Source of the DNA: Lama glama
Taxonomy: Eukaryota
Reading direction: 5' to 3'
Assembly (NCBI GenBank): GCA_028534125.1
Contig: CM052818.1
Span: 248,001-312,000 of the forward strand
DNA length: 64,000 nucleotides
Below are positions 12,701 through 26,203 of the stretch, piece by piece. The position numbers and the translations under genes are program-made. Numbering within the stretch: the stretch's first letter is position 1; the number at the start of each line of letters is the position of its first letter. The notes under the pieces are model-generated. The model ran no database searches, was not told where the DNA came from, and was given only the letters and a program-made list of their open reading frames with translations.

Positions 12701-15700
12701 TCCAAAAATAAATAAACCTAATTACCTCCCCTCCCCCACCAAAAAAGTTAATAATGCAATAATACATACATAAAATATTTTTAAAAATAAAAAAATATGA
12801 AGTCAAAAGGAGAATGAGAGGAGAAACAGACCCAGGTTCCATACATTAGACTTAAGGCAACCTCTTGAGGAATAAAATAAGTCAAATATTAAGGCCAATT
12901 AAAAATAAATAAGGCTTAGAATTTATTTCCCCGGAAGTAAGTTGGGGAGATGAGCTCAGCTTAGAATGACTAAAGCATATGGGGTTTAACTTAGGCAAGA
13001 AGGGTGCTGTCATCCTGGGCAGGCTGGCCTCATGCTCCCCAGCCAGGCCAAGTTAGCGTCCCTTGGTCCTGGTTCCCTGGCCCCAGGCCTGGACATGCCA
13101 GAAGCCGGAGAACATCCAAGAGAAAAAGACACAGTCAGCCTCCCTGGGCGTTACCAGGCCAGTTCTCTTTCCTCGCCTGGTCGGTCTGGTGATCCCAACA
13201 CCCTTCTGCTACGCCCTTCCCCCTGCCCTCCCCTCGGGTTTAGATCAGCCCTTATTCCCCATCTGCCTTGGCCTGATTTCTGTGGGTCCTGATATAGTGT
13301 CTTTATCGGTCTGAGGCCACGTTCTTCACTGCTGCTCACCCGGCTGGCCGTGTGCTTATAAGGCCAAACAGCTGTGCAGGGTGGAGCCTTGGGTGGATCT
13401 CGTGTCATCCTGCCACAAGGAACCCTTCTGACCGTTTGAAAAGAAATCTTGCCCCTGGTCCCAGTGGCACCAGTTCCTTCCACTTGGTTCTAGACTGACC
13501 CTGTCTCTGCTATTGTCTTATCCTCACAGAAAGTTGAGGAAGCGAGCGGCCAAAACCTCGGCCCGACGCTCCAAGCCCCTTGGAAGGTAATGGGGCAAGA
13601 GCCCCGGGACCTCCTGCTCACCACGGTGGCCCCAGGAGGTGGATGGATGGATGGAAGGCAGCCTATCCATGTCCATCCCAGAACCCAAGCCCATGAATTA
13701 GGGCTACGACTGGGAAATGGCCATTCCAGCGGGGAGGGGAGGGGAGGCAGGCATGGGGATGGGTAAGCTTTGATCTTAGGAAGCACAAGGAGGAAATAAT
13801 GTCGGAATGTCTGAGGAGGAGCCCCTGCATCTTTATACTTCCCCCAGATAGCTTGGACTCCAGCCTCAGCCACCTGCATGCTTCCTCCTTCGCCCGCCTA
13901 CTCCTGACCTCCCTTAATTCACCTACGTTCCCATTCTTTCTCCTCCCACTACTATTTCTCTATCTCGTTTCCCCTCATCACCTGGATTGACATACTAGAC
14001 TTCTCATCACTGTTGCTAAATCCAGAGAGCGGCACAAGTTCCCAAAATACACTCAAGTGCTATGCAGCATCAGTGTCTGTGGACACCCTGACCACCTTCG
14101 CTTTACCGCTTCCCATGCTCTGCATGAAGGGGCCTTCCTAGAAACAGAGAAAAAGAAAGAAAGAACCCCCTACCTTTCCTGGTAGTGTAACTGACCGCTG
14201 CCTCCACTAACTTCTTTCTCCTTTTTCCAGACAAGTCACCAAGCTTAAAGTCAAACCCAAACCCCGAGTGGGCAGGGGGCCAGTCAAGAGGTAAACAAAG
14301 TTCAGGCTGGGTGGAGAGGAGAGGGGTGCCAAGTGGTGAGTCGGGGGCATCGGGCTGTGGTGAGGAAGGGGTCCAGAGAGGCCTCTGCCAAGAGGTGGGG
14401 GAGCAGCAGCAAGGATTACAAGCCACCTTCCAGATGGTTCCCTGAAATGTAAAGTAAAGCTGGCCCTCATGTCGTTCTCTGAGGAGTTAAGCTTGTCACG
14501 GGAATTTTTGAAATCTCAACAGAAGCTCATCCACTGACTGCCCTTGTTCCATGTGCTTATTTATCTTTCCGCAGTGGATTTTAGCAGGTACTCTGGCCCT
14601 TTGGTCTTTCACATGCCATGCTTGCCTCTCCCCTAAGAAGTCACGTTTGCCTAAGGGACCAGTGTTCCCATCCTACATTTATTTGATTAATTTTTTTTTA
14701 AATAAGTGCTACCGACTTGGAAGTAAGACTCGGGATCCCCTCTGGAACCTTTACCAGGGATGGAGTCAGATGACAGTCCTGTCTCTCTGGCCCAGTTTCC
14801 ACAATGAGGCTCCCAGTTCCATAATTTTCCTCCTGGGTTCCTTCAGAGCCCCAGGGAGTGGAAAGCTTCCAGTCCCAGTGATTACGTCTCACTTGGCTTC
14901 CAAAGGCAGTTTGAACATGAAAATCTCCCTGATAGCTTCTTTAGCCGTGGCTGAGATGTAGAGAACCCATCCCTTTCTCTTGTCTCCTCCTCCCTGCAGA
15001 GCATCCCAGGATCACTCAGTGGTCCCTCCTCCAGTACCCCTCATTCCCCAGCTCCTCCTTCTGTGGCTTCAGAGGGGCTTGGAATTTGGGGGTATTCTTG
15101 TCCTGCCCTTCTAGCTTAGGGTCGTGTTGTCCAACATGGCCATACTCTGGCCTTCCCTAACCCCTAAACTAAAGTTCACAGTGTCGTTTTTACTTTGTTA
15201 GCTGGGGGGAAGGGCTTTGTTAGTTGCAGGGAAGGGGAGGAGGGAGTTTAGAAGACAGATGCCTTTTTCCTATGATGGCCTCTTTGATTTTATTTTCAGG
15301 CAGACAGGGCTTTGGGAGACAACCTGGGCTCTTTGAGCTTCAGAATCCACTTATTGTGAGCTTCTAAAGGTATTCTGTAAAGTCTCCAGGCTTCCTTTGT
15401 CTGTTTTGTTGATAACCTTTCCATCTCTCTGTGTCTTACCAGCCAATGACTTCAAATTGTCATATTCCCTCCTTCCTCTGACATTAAGTCGTGGAGCACG
15501 TTACTGCAATAGCTCACCACCTAACCAGCCTCCCAGGCCAACTCTGCCAACACCAGGCCTCCTCTGGTTCCTTCCCAGCTGTTCTGGGAAGAAAGTGCTT
15601 CTCTCATTCCAGGCTTCACTGCAGTATCTCATTCTGTTGGTGTCGATAAACAAGTCCCCTCGTTCTTCCTAGCGTCTCTCTGCAGTGTTTCCAGGTCTTA

Positions 15701-18700
15701 AAACCTCTAGTTTAGTCCCGTTTTCCTGCTCCATGGCTACAGAACATTCTCTCTGTTACGTTTGAGTTGCAGAAGCGTGGACTACTTCATTAAAGATGCA
15801 TACAGTTCAGCTCAGGTCTGGGGCTACGTCTACCCTTCTGTGTTCATATTCGCTCTCCTTCTCCGCTCATGTGGGCCCTGTAACTTTTGGCTGTCTTGCA
15901 TTTATACATTTTAATCCCTCCATACGCCATCTCCAGACTTTCCTGTGTCCACCACCCGGTCTGTTCTTCACGTAACTGCCCAGCATCCTCTGGCCTCTAG
16001 GAAGCCACGTAGACCCAGACTTACTCCTTTGCATCCGGACTCATTCAGTCATTTCAGTCTCAGTGTAACAGAAGGATCTGCTCGCTCTGGCTACTTAGGC
16101 TTCCTGTTTGTGTCAGCTGCTCCTTCCTGCCTGTCTCCTCCAGCTGGGCAGCCCTGGCTTCCTTTTCTTTTTACACAGCAGCCTCAGCCTCCATTAGGGC
16201 CAGCATCCTGAAACCATATGGGACAAGGTTTTGTCTGGCAAGTCAAGACCCATAGGGTTCTTCTGCTGCACAAGGTCCCCAGCAAATCCCACCCACCCCC
16301 ATCCCCGCTGTCCGGTTAACCTAGGCTCTTTCAGCCTAGAACTACTCACCGTTACCTTTGTCTCTTTGCAGAGAAGAGGGGAAGAAGCCCAATGTGGCCA
16401 CGAAGGGTCAGGGGTGGTGGAGGGATGGAGTGGGAGGAGGGATGTGGGCGAAGAGGCAGGAGCATTGTTTTACCGTACTGCACCCTACTCCTGTCCCCCC
16501 AGGCTGCTGGCCCAGCGGCAGCAACACTCCTTTGGTCTGCATGGGGTGGACTGCGTGGGCACGGAAGCCCACCTCTCCCTCTGCTCCTTGGAGTTCTATC
16601 GTGCCAATGACACCGCCAGGTGCCCTGGGGGGTCCCCTGCGGTGGTGAGCTGTGTGCCAAGCCCTCTCTATGCAGCAGCGTCCAGTGGCCAGAAGAAGCA
16701 ACAGTCGAAGCCTCAGGGGGAGGTGTGTGAGACAGTGACTCTGACCTTCCCCATCCCAGGTGGAGAACCCCCTAGCCTGGCCACACCCTGTCTAAGCACA
16801 GCCCTGACCTTTGAGGACAGAGAGGAGCCTTCCAGGGGGTGGGCCACAGACCTGAGACTGCCCCCTCCCTCCCAGCAGAATCTCATTTATCTCCCAGGTC
16901 TGTTAGCCCTCTCTGTGCTGAGGTCCCCATTCACGGCTGGTGGGTACCTCTCTCTCCTCTACAGGCCCGAGTGCGTCTAAAGGGCGGAGCCCACCCAGGA
17001 GAGGGCCGGGTAGAAGTCCTGAAGGCTGGCACGTGGGGTACAGTCTGTGACCGCAAGTGGGACCTGCAGGCAGCCAGCGTGGTGTGTCGGGAGCTGGGCT
17101 TCGGGAGCGCCCGAGAGGCGCTGAGTGGTGCCCGCATGGGGCAGGGTAAGGGGTGCAGGTGGGAGGGGGAAGGAGGAGGTACACACTTCCGGTGGGTACA
17201 TTCCTTGGGAAGGAGACCCCTGGGCAGACAACGAAGGTCTAGCTACAACCTCCTGGTCTTTGACCTGTGACCTTAGGCATGGGTGCCATCCACTTGAGTG
17301 AAGTTCGATGCTCTGGACAGGAACCCTCCCTCTGGAACTGCCCCCACAAGAACATCACAGCTGAGGACTGTTCCCATAGCCGGGATGCTGGAGTCCGATG
17401 TAACCTGCCCTACACTGGGGTAGAGACCAAGGTCAGTCCCTCTTTGCACCTTGGTTCAGGTGTTTCACGTCCTATCCAGTCTTGGTCATGATCCACCAGT
17501 CTGATGGCCCTGCTGCCCACTGCCCCACTATCCAGTAGCTCTCACCTGATGCCACCACTTGCTGGCCCTTTAAGTGCCTCAGGCTCGCTGTTCAGCCCAG
17601 GTCTGCTGCAGGCTCCCTCCACTCCACCCCAAAAGCTTTCCNNNNNNNNNNNNNNNNNNNNNNNNNNNNNNNNNNNNNNNNNNNNNNNNNNNNNNNNNNN
17701 NNNNNNNNNNNNNNNNNNNNNNNNNNNNNNNNNNNNNNNNNNNNNNNNNNNNNNNNNNNNNNNNNNNNNNNNNNNNNNNNNNNNNNNNNNNNNNNNNNNN
17801 NNNNNNNNNNNNNTATGCCAGCCATGGCCTGCAGGTGAGTGCGCAGGAGAGGGGAACCAAGGCCCTTGCCTCCCAGGGCTGTTTGGGGCAGAGGACTGTG
17901 GAAATGAGTCCCTTGGTCCGGGAGGCTAATGGGGGGACCTCACATAAACACCTTGATATGTCCCCAGGAGACCTGGTACTGGGACTCAGGGAATATAACA
18001 GAGGTGGTGATGAGTGGAGTGCGCTGCGCAGGGACTGAGCTGTCCCTGGACCAGTGTGCTCATCATGGCACCCACGTCACCTGCAAGAGGACAGGAACCC
18101 GCTTCACTGCTGGAGTCATTTGTTCTGAGAGTGAGTGAAGGGCGGGGTGACGCAAGCCTGGGAAGGGAGGCCCTGGGCCACCCTTTTGCAGGGAAAGAGG
18201 GCTGTCATCTGCAGGGGTATGCCTTCCAGGTGGAAAACCAGAGCTCTGCGGGAGGGGGGTGCAGCGGTCCTGTCTGGCCCCGCCCCTCAGCTGTAACTAA
18301 CACTCTCCGTTCTTTCTGGGGTGCAGCCGCGTCAGACCTGCTGCTGCACTCAGCGCTGGTGCAGGAGACGGCCTACATCGAGGACCGGCCCCTGCACATG
18401 CTGTACTGCGCTGCCGAGGAGAACTGCCTGGCCAGCTCGGCCCGCTCAGCCAACTGGCCTTACGGCCACCGGCGTCTGCTCCGATTCTCCTCCCAGATCC
18501 ACAACCTGGGACGTGCTGACTTCAGGCCCAAGGCGGGGCGCCACTCCTGGGTGTGGCATGAGTGTCATGGGTGAGAGGGGCGAGTAGAAGGGCAAGGCCA
18601 CCGGGGTTAGGGCAGGCTTGCGGGGGGGCAGGGAAGGAAACAGGGGTTCCTTTATCCCCACAGGCATTACCACAGCATGGACATCTTCACTCACTACGAT

Positions 18701-19447
18701 ATCCTGACCCCCAACGGCACCAAGGTGGCTGAGGGCCACAAAGCTAGTTTCTGTCTAGAAGACACAGAGTGTCAGGAGGGTGAGTTGGGGCTTAGACGAC
18801 AGTATCCCCATCCCGCAGACTTGCCTCACACTGACATATGCTGATCTCTTCAGATGTCTCCAAGAGGTATGAGTGTGCCAACTTTGGAGAGCAGGGCATC
18901 ACCGTGGGTTGCTGGGATCTCTACCGGCATGACATTGACTGTCAGTGGATTGACATCACAGATGTGAAGCCAGGAAACTACATTCTACAGGTGCCTGGGG
19001 TCTGAGATTTCCAGCTGTCAAGTGGGAGGAGCTTTTATTAAAGCACCTTTGATCTGATTTGAAGGCTGCAGCTGGCTGACTTCCTTCCACTCACAGGTGG
19101 TCATCAACCCTAACTTTGAAGTGGCAGAGAGTGACTTCACCAACAACGCAATGAAATGTAACTGCAAATATGATGGACATCGCATCTGGGTGCACAACTG
19201 TCACATTGGTATTTGGTGGGAAGAGTAGCCAGAAAGACTGGGGGATGGGAGGGAGAAGAATGAATTCTCTGCTCCCTAAGTTGTTCCTCTGGATCTCCCA
19301 GTCTCTCCACTTCTACCTGCCCTTCCCCACAGTGGGTCTGTTTTCCTGCCCAAACCACCCGTTCACCTTGCAGGTGATGCCTTCAGTGAAGAGGCCAACC
19401 AGAGGTTTGAACGCTACCCTGGCCAGACCAGCAACCAGATCATCTAA
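4309..19447 (+). CDS. LOXL3: Lysyl oxidase-like 3 (signal peptide, 4 SRCR domains, LOX catalytic domain)
   Basis: Exons 4309-4621, 6348-6511, 7162-7376, 16503-16722, 16965-17145, 17277-17431, (gap)-17834, 17968-18130, 18327-18570, 18664-18779, 18854-18990, 19097-19208, 19374-19447 (TAA). SRCR motifs EGRVE..WGT[IV]CD; copper-binding WVWHECHG|HYHS; LTQ-region [10 protein letters not shown] and [16 protein letters not shown]. Confidence 0.97.
5109..5228 (+). mobile_element. tRNA-Ala(AGC)-derived SINE (camelid Vic-1-like)
   Basis: GGTATAGCTCAGTGGTAGAG (A box)...GGGTTCAGTCCC (B box), A-rich tail, 18-bp TSD AACAAATATGAATGTCAG at 5091-5108 and 5229-5246. Confidence 0.9.
5885..6060 (+). mobile_element. 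MIR SINE fragment
   Basis: GGCTGTGTGGTCTTAGGCAAGTTATTTAACTTCTCTGAACCCCAATTTC...AAAATGGTGATAATA resembles the MIR core. Confidence 0.75.
7590..8110. promoter_or_regulatory. Intragenic CpG island in the LOXL3 intron with a 10-bp-periodic GC-box array; candidate upstream promoter of DOK1
   Basis: CpG-dense; six CCCCGCC boxes at 7704, 7714, 7724, 7734, 7744, 7754; perfect 20-bp tandem duplicate at 7721-7760. Confidence 0.7.
9756..9791. repeat. (GT)18 microsatellite
   Basis: Uninterrupted GT run. Confidence 0.95.
10334..10474 (+). mobile_element. tRNA-Ala-derived SINE (Vic-1-like)
   Basis: GGGGAGGGTGTAGCTCAAGTGGTAG...CTTAGCATGCACAAGGTCCTGGGTTCAATCCC, poly-A tail, flanking direct repeat GATAAGGAAGACA. 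Confidence 0.88.
12626..12790 (+). mobile_element. tRNA-Ala-derived SINE (Vic-1-like)
   Basis: GGGGAGGGTATAGCTCAAGTGGTAGAGCACATGCTTAGCATGCATGAGGTCCTGGGTTCAATTCCC plus the family tail AATAAACCTAATTACCTCCCC. Confidence 0.88.
13087..13134 (+). pseudogene. Candidate decayed LOXL3 cassette exon A (basic peptide [16 protein letters not shown])
   Basis: Acceptor CCCTGGCCCCAG|. Reading in phase 2 is open and very basic. The frame-preserving end (13134) is followed by TCAGC rather than GT, and the available GT gives a 47-nt exon. Confidence 0.35.
13530..13586 (+). CDS. LOXL3: Alternative in-frame LOXL3 cassette exon B (57 nt; [19 protein letters not shown])
   Basis: Branch-like CTGAC at 13495, pyrimidine tract and TCCTCACAG| acceptor, AAG|GTAATG donor, phase 2/2 matching the host intron, no stop. 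Confidence 0.75.
14231..14290 (+). CDS. LOXL3: Alternative in-frame LOXL3 cassette exon C (60 nt; [20 protein letters not shown])
   Basis: Consensus-like branch point CACTAAC at 14205-14211, pure pyrimidine tract TTCTTTCTCCTTTTTCCAG|, GAG|GTAAAC donor, phase 2/2, no stop. Confidence 0.72.
16372..16413 (+). CDS. Candidate LOXL3 cassette exon D (42 nt; [14 protein letters not shown]), weak donor
   Basis: Strong acceptor (CTCAC branch-like, CTTTGTCTCTTTGCAG|). The in-frame donor GG|GTGGTG is weak, and an alternative GT at 16407 is out of frame. Confidence 0.35.
17642..17813. other. Assembly gap hiding most of a LOXL3 SRCR4 exon
   Basis: 172 N. Sequence resumes as TATGCCAGCCATGGCCTGCAG|GTGAGT (YASHGLQ, exon end). 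Confidence 0.95.
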
Positions 19448-19898
19448 GGTGCCACCACCCTCCTCTGCACACCACCACTGGCCCCCAGTGGCAGGGGTCT
19501 GAGGCTGCCATTACCTCAGGAGCTTACCAAGGAAGAATCCCTGACGTCAGCAGGCCCACAGCACTCATCCAGTGTGCGCTGTGGGTGTGGAACTGTCAAG
19601 CGGAAGTGATCGCCCTTCTTAGGCCAGCTGTCCGGATCTATGGCCACACAGGGGGCACTTTTGCTCCCAGGCCCAGCACCAAGCCAAGTACGCCACAAAG
19701 AGGAGCACCTGATTAACTGCCCAGAACAAAAGACAGCCAGCAGCTCGTTTTCTTCAAGAGGGAGGTCAGAATGGTCAACTCCAGTATCTCCCCTCAGTTC
19801 AAGGAGATACAGCTTTACCTCTAACCTTTTAGTGGGGGGACAGAGCAGTGTGCTACCCTCCCCCTCATTTTTGAGTATAACATGTTGCTAGGTATAAT

Positions 19899-19992
19899 TT
19901 TATTTTATATAAAAAGTGTTTTTGTGATTCGTTAGAGCTCAGGCATTGGTGCTGGTGGTTGGAGGGACCTGCCTCCAACTGGTTCATTTAAT
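19899..19992. terminator. Convergent poly(A) signals of LOXL3 and HTRA2
   Basis: + strand TATAAA at 19908-19913 followed by a GU/U-rich tract; - strand ATTAAA at 19987-19992 and AATAAA at 19899-19904. Confidence 0.6.
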
Positions 19993-20079
19993 CCTCTGTC
20001 CAGGTGCCCTCAGAGCCTAAGCCAGGAAAGCCAGGTGGAAATCAGAGCAGAAAGAAGCCTCCTACTCTTGCTGATCCAT

Positions 20080-23035
<2,956 letters not shown>

Positions 23036-23039
23036 CAGC

Positions 23040-23410
23040 TCCGCCTTGGTTGCCTCCTCGCCCGCCCTACACAGAGGAGGCGCTCTGGACGCGAGAGGGA
23101 GGACTGCAGGACGCGGGGCACGCCGGTACCTGAAGTCTCCAGAAGTGCACGCCGGGACCCAGGATTCCGGGAGGCCGACTCCGCCCCCGCCCTGCGAATG
23201 CCGGGAATTGTGGTCCCCGCGGGACGCGAGTTCTGAGGTGGCCCAAGGGCCCGCAAGGCATGCTGGGACCGCTAGCCCTTCCGGGGCGCATCAGGGTTTC
23301 GGCTCCCGGCACCCTGGGCGGATGCCCAGAGACTCCGCCTTCCCAGGAGGCCCTGCGACGGGGAGCGAAGATGGCGGCGGAGGCTGTGGCCCGACAGCCC
23401 TAAAGCAGCA
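23040..23410. promoter_or_regulatory. Bidirectional HTRA2/AUP1 promoter
   Basis: ATGs only ~380 bp apart, CpG-rich. ZNF143-like GCCGGGAATTGTGGTCC (23200-23216) and GGCATGCTGGGA (~23257); YY1-like AAGATGGCGGC (23368-23378). Confidence 0.8.
23371..23403 (+). other. Upstream ORF in the AUP1 5' leader (MAAEAVARQP*)
   Basis: aagATGg strong Kozak context; TAA at 23401-23403, 10 nt before the AUP1 ATG. Confidence 0.55.
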
Positions 23411-23413
23411 GTT

Positions 23414-26203
23414 ATGGAGCCTCCCCCGGTGCCGGGGCCGGAGCGGCTCTTTGATTCGCACCGGTAAGAGCCCCGGCGGGAAGAGGCCAGTTCCCGCGTC
23501 CGCTTGGCCTTCTGCGCGCGATCATCCCGCCTCTCGCCCCCAGGCTCCCGGGTGACGGCTTCCTACTCTTCGCGCTGCTGCTCTACGCTCCAGTAGGGTT
23601 CTGCCTTCTCGTCCTGCGCCTCTTTCTTGGGATCCACGTCTTCCTGGTCAGCTGCGCGCTACCGGACAGCGTTCTTCGCAGGTTCCGACCCGGGCGCTAG
23701 AGGAGGGTCAGGGCTGGACCCGGCCCGAGGCCGCGCAGTCACCGCTGCCTGCATCCCTAGGTTCGTGGTGCGGACCATGTGTGCAGTGCTGGGACTCGTG
23801 GCCCGGCAGGAGGACTCTGGACTCCGGGATCACCGCGTCAGGGTCCTCATTTCCAACCACGTGACACCTTTCGACCACAACATAGTCAACCTGCTTACCA
23901 GCTGTAGCACCGTGAGTTGGGGACGAAGTCGAGAGCGCCGCGGGGTGGTTCCCGGGGCCCAGCTCAAGGCTCCCTTCTCCACGTCCGGGTTTCCTCTGGG
24001 GACTCAAGATACCGACCCTTACCCCAGACCCCGCCTTTCTACTCCATATGTTAATTTTTCTCTCTTAACAACATTCTTTTCTTCTTACTTTCTCTCCTCC
24101 CCCACCCCAGCCTCTACTCAATAGTCCCCCAAGCTTCGTGTGCTGGTCTCGGGGCTTCATGGAGATGGATGGGCGGGAGGAGTTGGTGGAGTCACTCAAG
24201 AGATTCTGTGCTTCCACGAGGCTTCCCCCTACCCCTCTGCTGCTGTTCCCCGAAGAAGAGGCCACCAATGGCCGGGAGGGGCTCCTGCGCTTCAGGTGGG
24301 TGAGCACAGGTATCTGTCTCCAAACTGGGTAGGTGGTCAGGCTTGGGGGCCCTTGGGTTTTCACAGCCTTTTTCCACCCTGCTCCTTCCATTCCTAGCTC
24401 ATGACCTTTTTAGTTCTTTTTCTTGAATCCCTATATTCCCCACTTTTCTACGGTCCAGTTTGACAGTGTTCTGTTCAAAGTCAGGTATGAGCTGCTGACT
24501 GGGCTGGCTGAAATCCCATACTCTCTCTTCCCCTTTCTAGTTCCTGGCCATTTTCTATCCAGGATGTGGTACAGCCTCTTACCCTGCGAGTCCAGAGACC
24601 CCTAGTCTCTGTGGTGAGTGTGTGCTGGACGGAGATTCTCTGGGCTTGGAGGGGACATTTCCCAGTCCTGGCCCTGGCTTAGACCTCACTCATGCCCTCC
24701 CTTCAGACGGTGTCAGATGCCTCCTGGGTCTCAGAACTGCTGTGGTCACTTTTCGTCCCTTTCACGATGTATCAAGTAAGGTATTAACTGTCCTCACTTT
24801 TTGGTGGCTGGGAGAAACTCACCTCAAGGTCAAGGAAGTAGCTGTCTCTGCCCTGTCCATTTGCAGATCTTTTAATGTCAAGTTCCCACCACAGAGGCAA
24901 TATGAAGTATTGAGTATCTCCCCACTGTCACCACCACTGTTCCAAGAAAAGAGGTATCGGAGTGGAGAGAGGGTACCCCCAACATGGTCCTGGATTGTTT
25001 TTGCAGGTGGCTCCGTCCTGTTCATCGCCAGCTGGGGGAGGGGAATGAGGAGTTTGCCCTCCGTGTACAACAGGTGACAGGGGACCCGGGCAGGATGGAG
25101 GTGGGGGTCTTCCCTCAGGGGGAAGGAGACGAAGGCTTGAGAACCTTCCAATCTTCCAATTCTCCCTAGTTGGTGGCCAAAGAATTGGGCCAGACAGGGA
25201 CACGACTCACTCCAGCAGACAAAGCAGAGCACATGAAGCGACAGAGACACCCCAGGTTGCGTCCCCAGTCAGGTGTGTAGTCCCTGTACACAAAGCTTCA
25301 CAGCCATTTTTTTCAGCCTGTTGTGGTTTCCTCCCTGTTCCTGTACTAGTCAGCCTCTTCTTCCGCCTAGTTCTCCACTCACCATATTTCGGATTTCTTT
25401 TTTGCAGCCCAGTCTTCTTTCCCTCCCGCCCCCGGCCCTTCTCCTGATGTGCAGCTGGCAGCTCTGGCTCAGAGAGTCAAGGAGGTTTTACCCCACGTGC
25501 CACTGGGCGTCATCCAGAGAGACCTGGGTATGGGGAAGGGTGGCCTCACGCAAGGAGACAGGCACAGGGAAGAAAAGTGGGTGGTGAAGGGAGAAGGTGA
25601 ACAAAGAAACAGACTCTCCTCTCCTCTCTTCCCTTCTCCCCAGCCAGGACTGGCTGTGTAGACTTGACCATCACTAATTTGCTTGAGGGGGCCGTAGCTT
25701 TCATGCCTGAAGACGTCACTGAAGAGACCCAGTCCCTTCCCACAGCCTCCACCCCCAAGGTGAGACCCCAGAAATGGTCAGGTCCAAGACTTGGGGTGGG
25801 ATGGGGCAGTCTGCACATTCTCTGTCCCTGACATCTCTTTTTTTGATCCTGAGACCCTAGCATAGTGCCTCTCTTGCAAAGTAGGCATTCGATGGGTGTT
25901 TAATGATGACTTCGCAAGCCCTCTGACATTGTGATCACCTCAGTTCCCCAGCTCTGGCCCAGCGACCCCTCAGCCCACAGCCCTAACATTTGCCAAGTCC
26001 TCCTGGGCCCGGCAGGAGAGTCTACAAGAGCGCAAGCAGGCGCTGTATGAGTACGCGAGAAGGTGAGGGGTTTGGAGAACGATGAAAGGGACAGGTTGGA
26101 AAAGGGAGCTCTTCATGGAAATAATACAGCAAAGCCCGTTCAATGTCTTCTCCTTATGTCCTGCAGGAGATTCACAGAGAGGCAGGCCCAGGAGGCTGAC
26201 TGA
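23414..26203 (+). CDS. AUP1: Lipid droplet-regulating VLDL assembly factor AUP1 (acyltransferase-like, CUE, G2BR), 410 aa
   Basis: Exons 23414-23463, 23544-23681, 23761-23911, 24111-24295, 24541-24613, 24707-24780, 25007-25073, 25170-25272, 25408-25527, 25644-25759, 25944-26062, 26167-26203 (1233 nt). NHVTPFD and FPEE motifs, CUE (VKEVLPHVPLGVIQRDL), ATTAAA at 26321. Confidence 0.97.

Noticed and set aside
14142-14181. Additional purine-rich exon candidate before cassette C
   Set aside because: 40 nt (frameshifting), and it would leave a 49-nt intron.
24459-24484. Cryptic poison exon in AUP1 intron 4 (CAG|GTATGA donor)
   Set aside because: The downstream intron would be only 56 nt, below the usual minimum.
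25900-25930. C/D snoRNA-like boxes (ATGATGA...CTGA) in AUP1 intron 10
   Set aside because: Boxes are only ~15 nt apart with no convincing terminal stem; CTGAC is better explained as the branch point.
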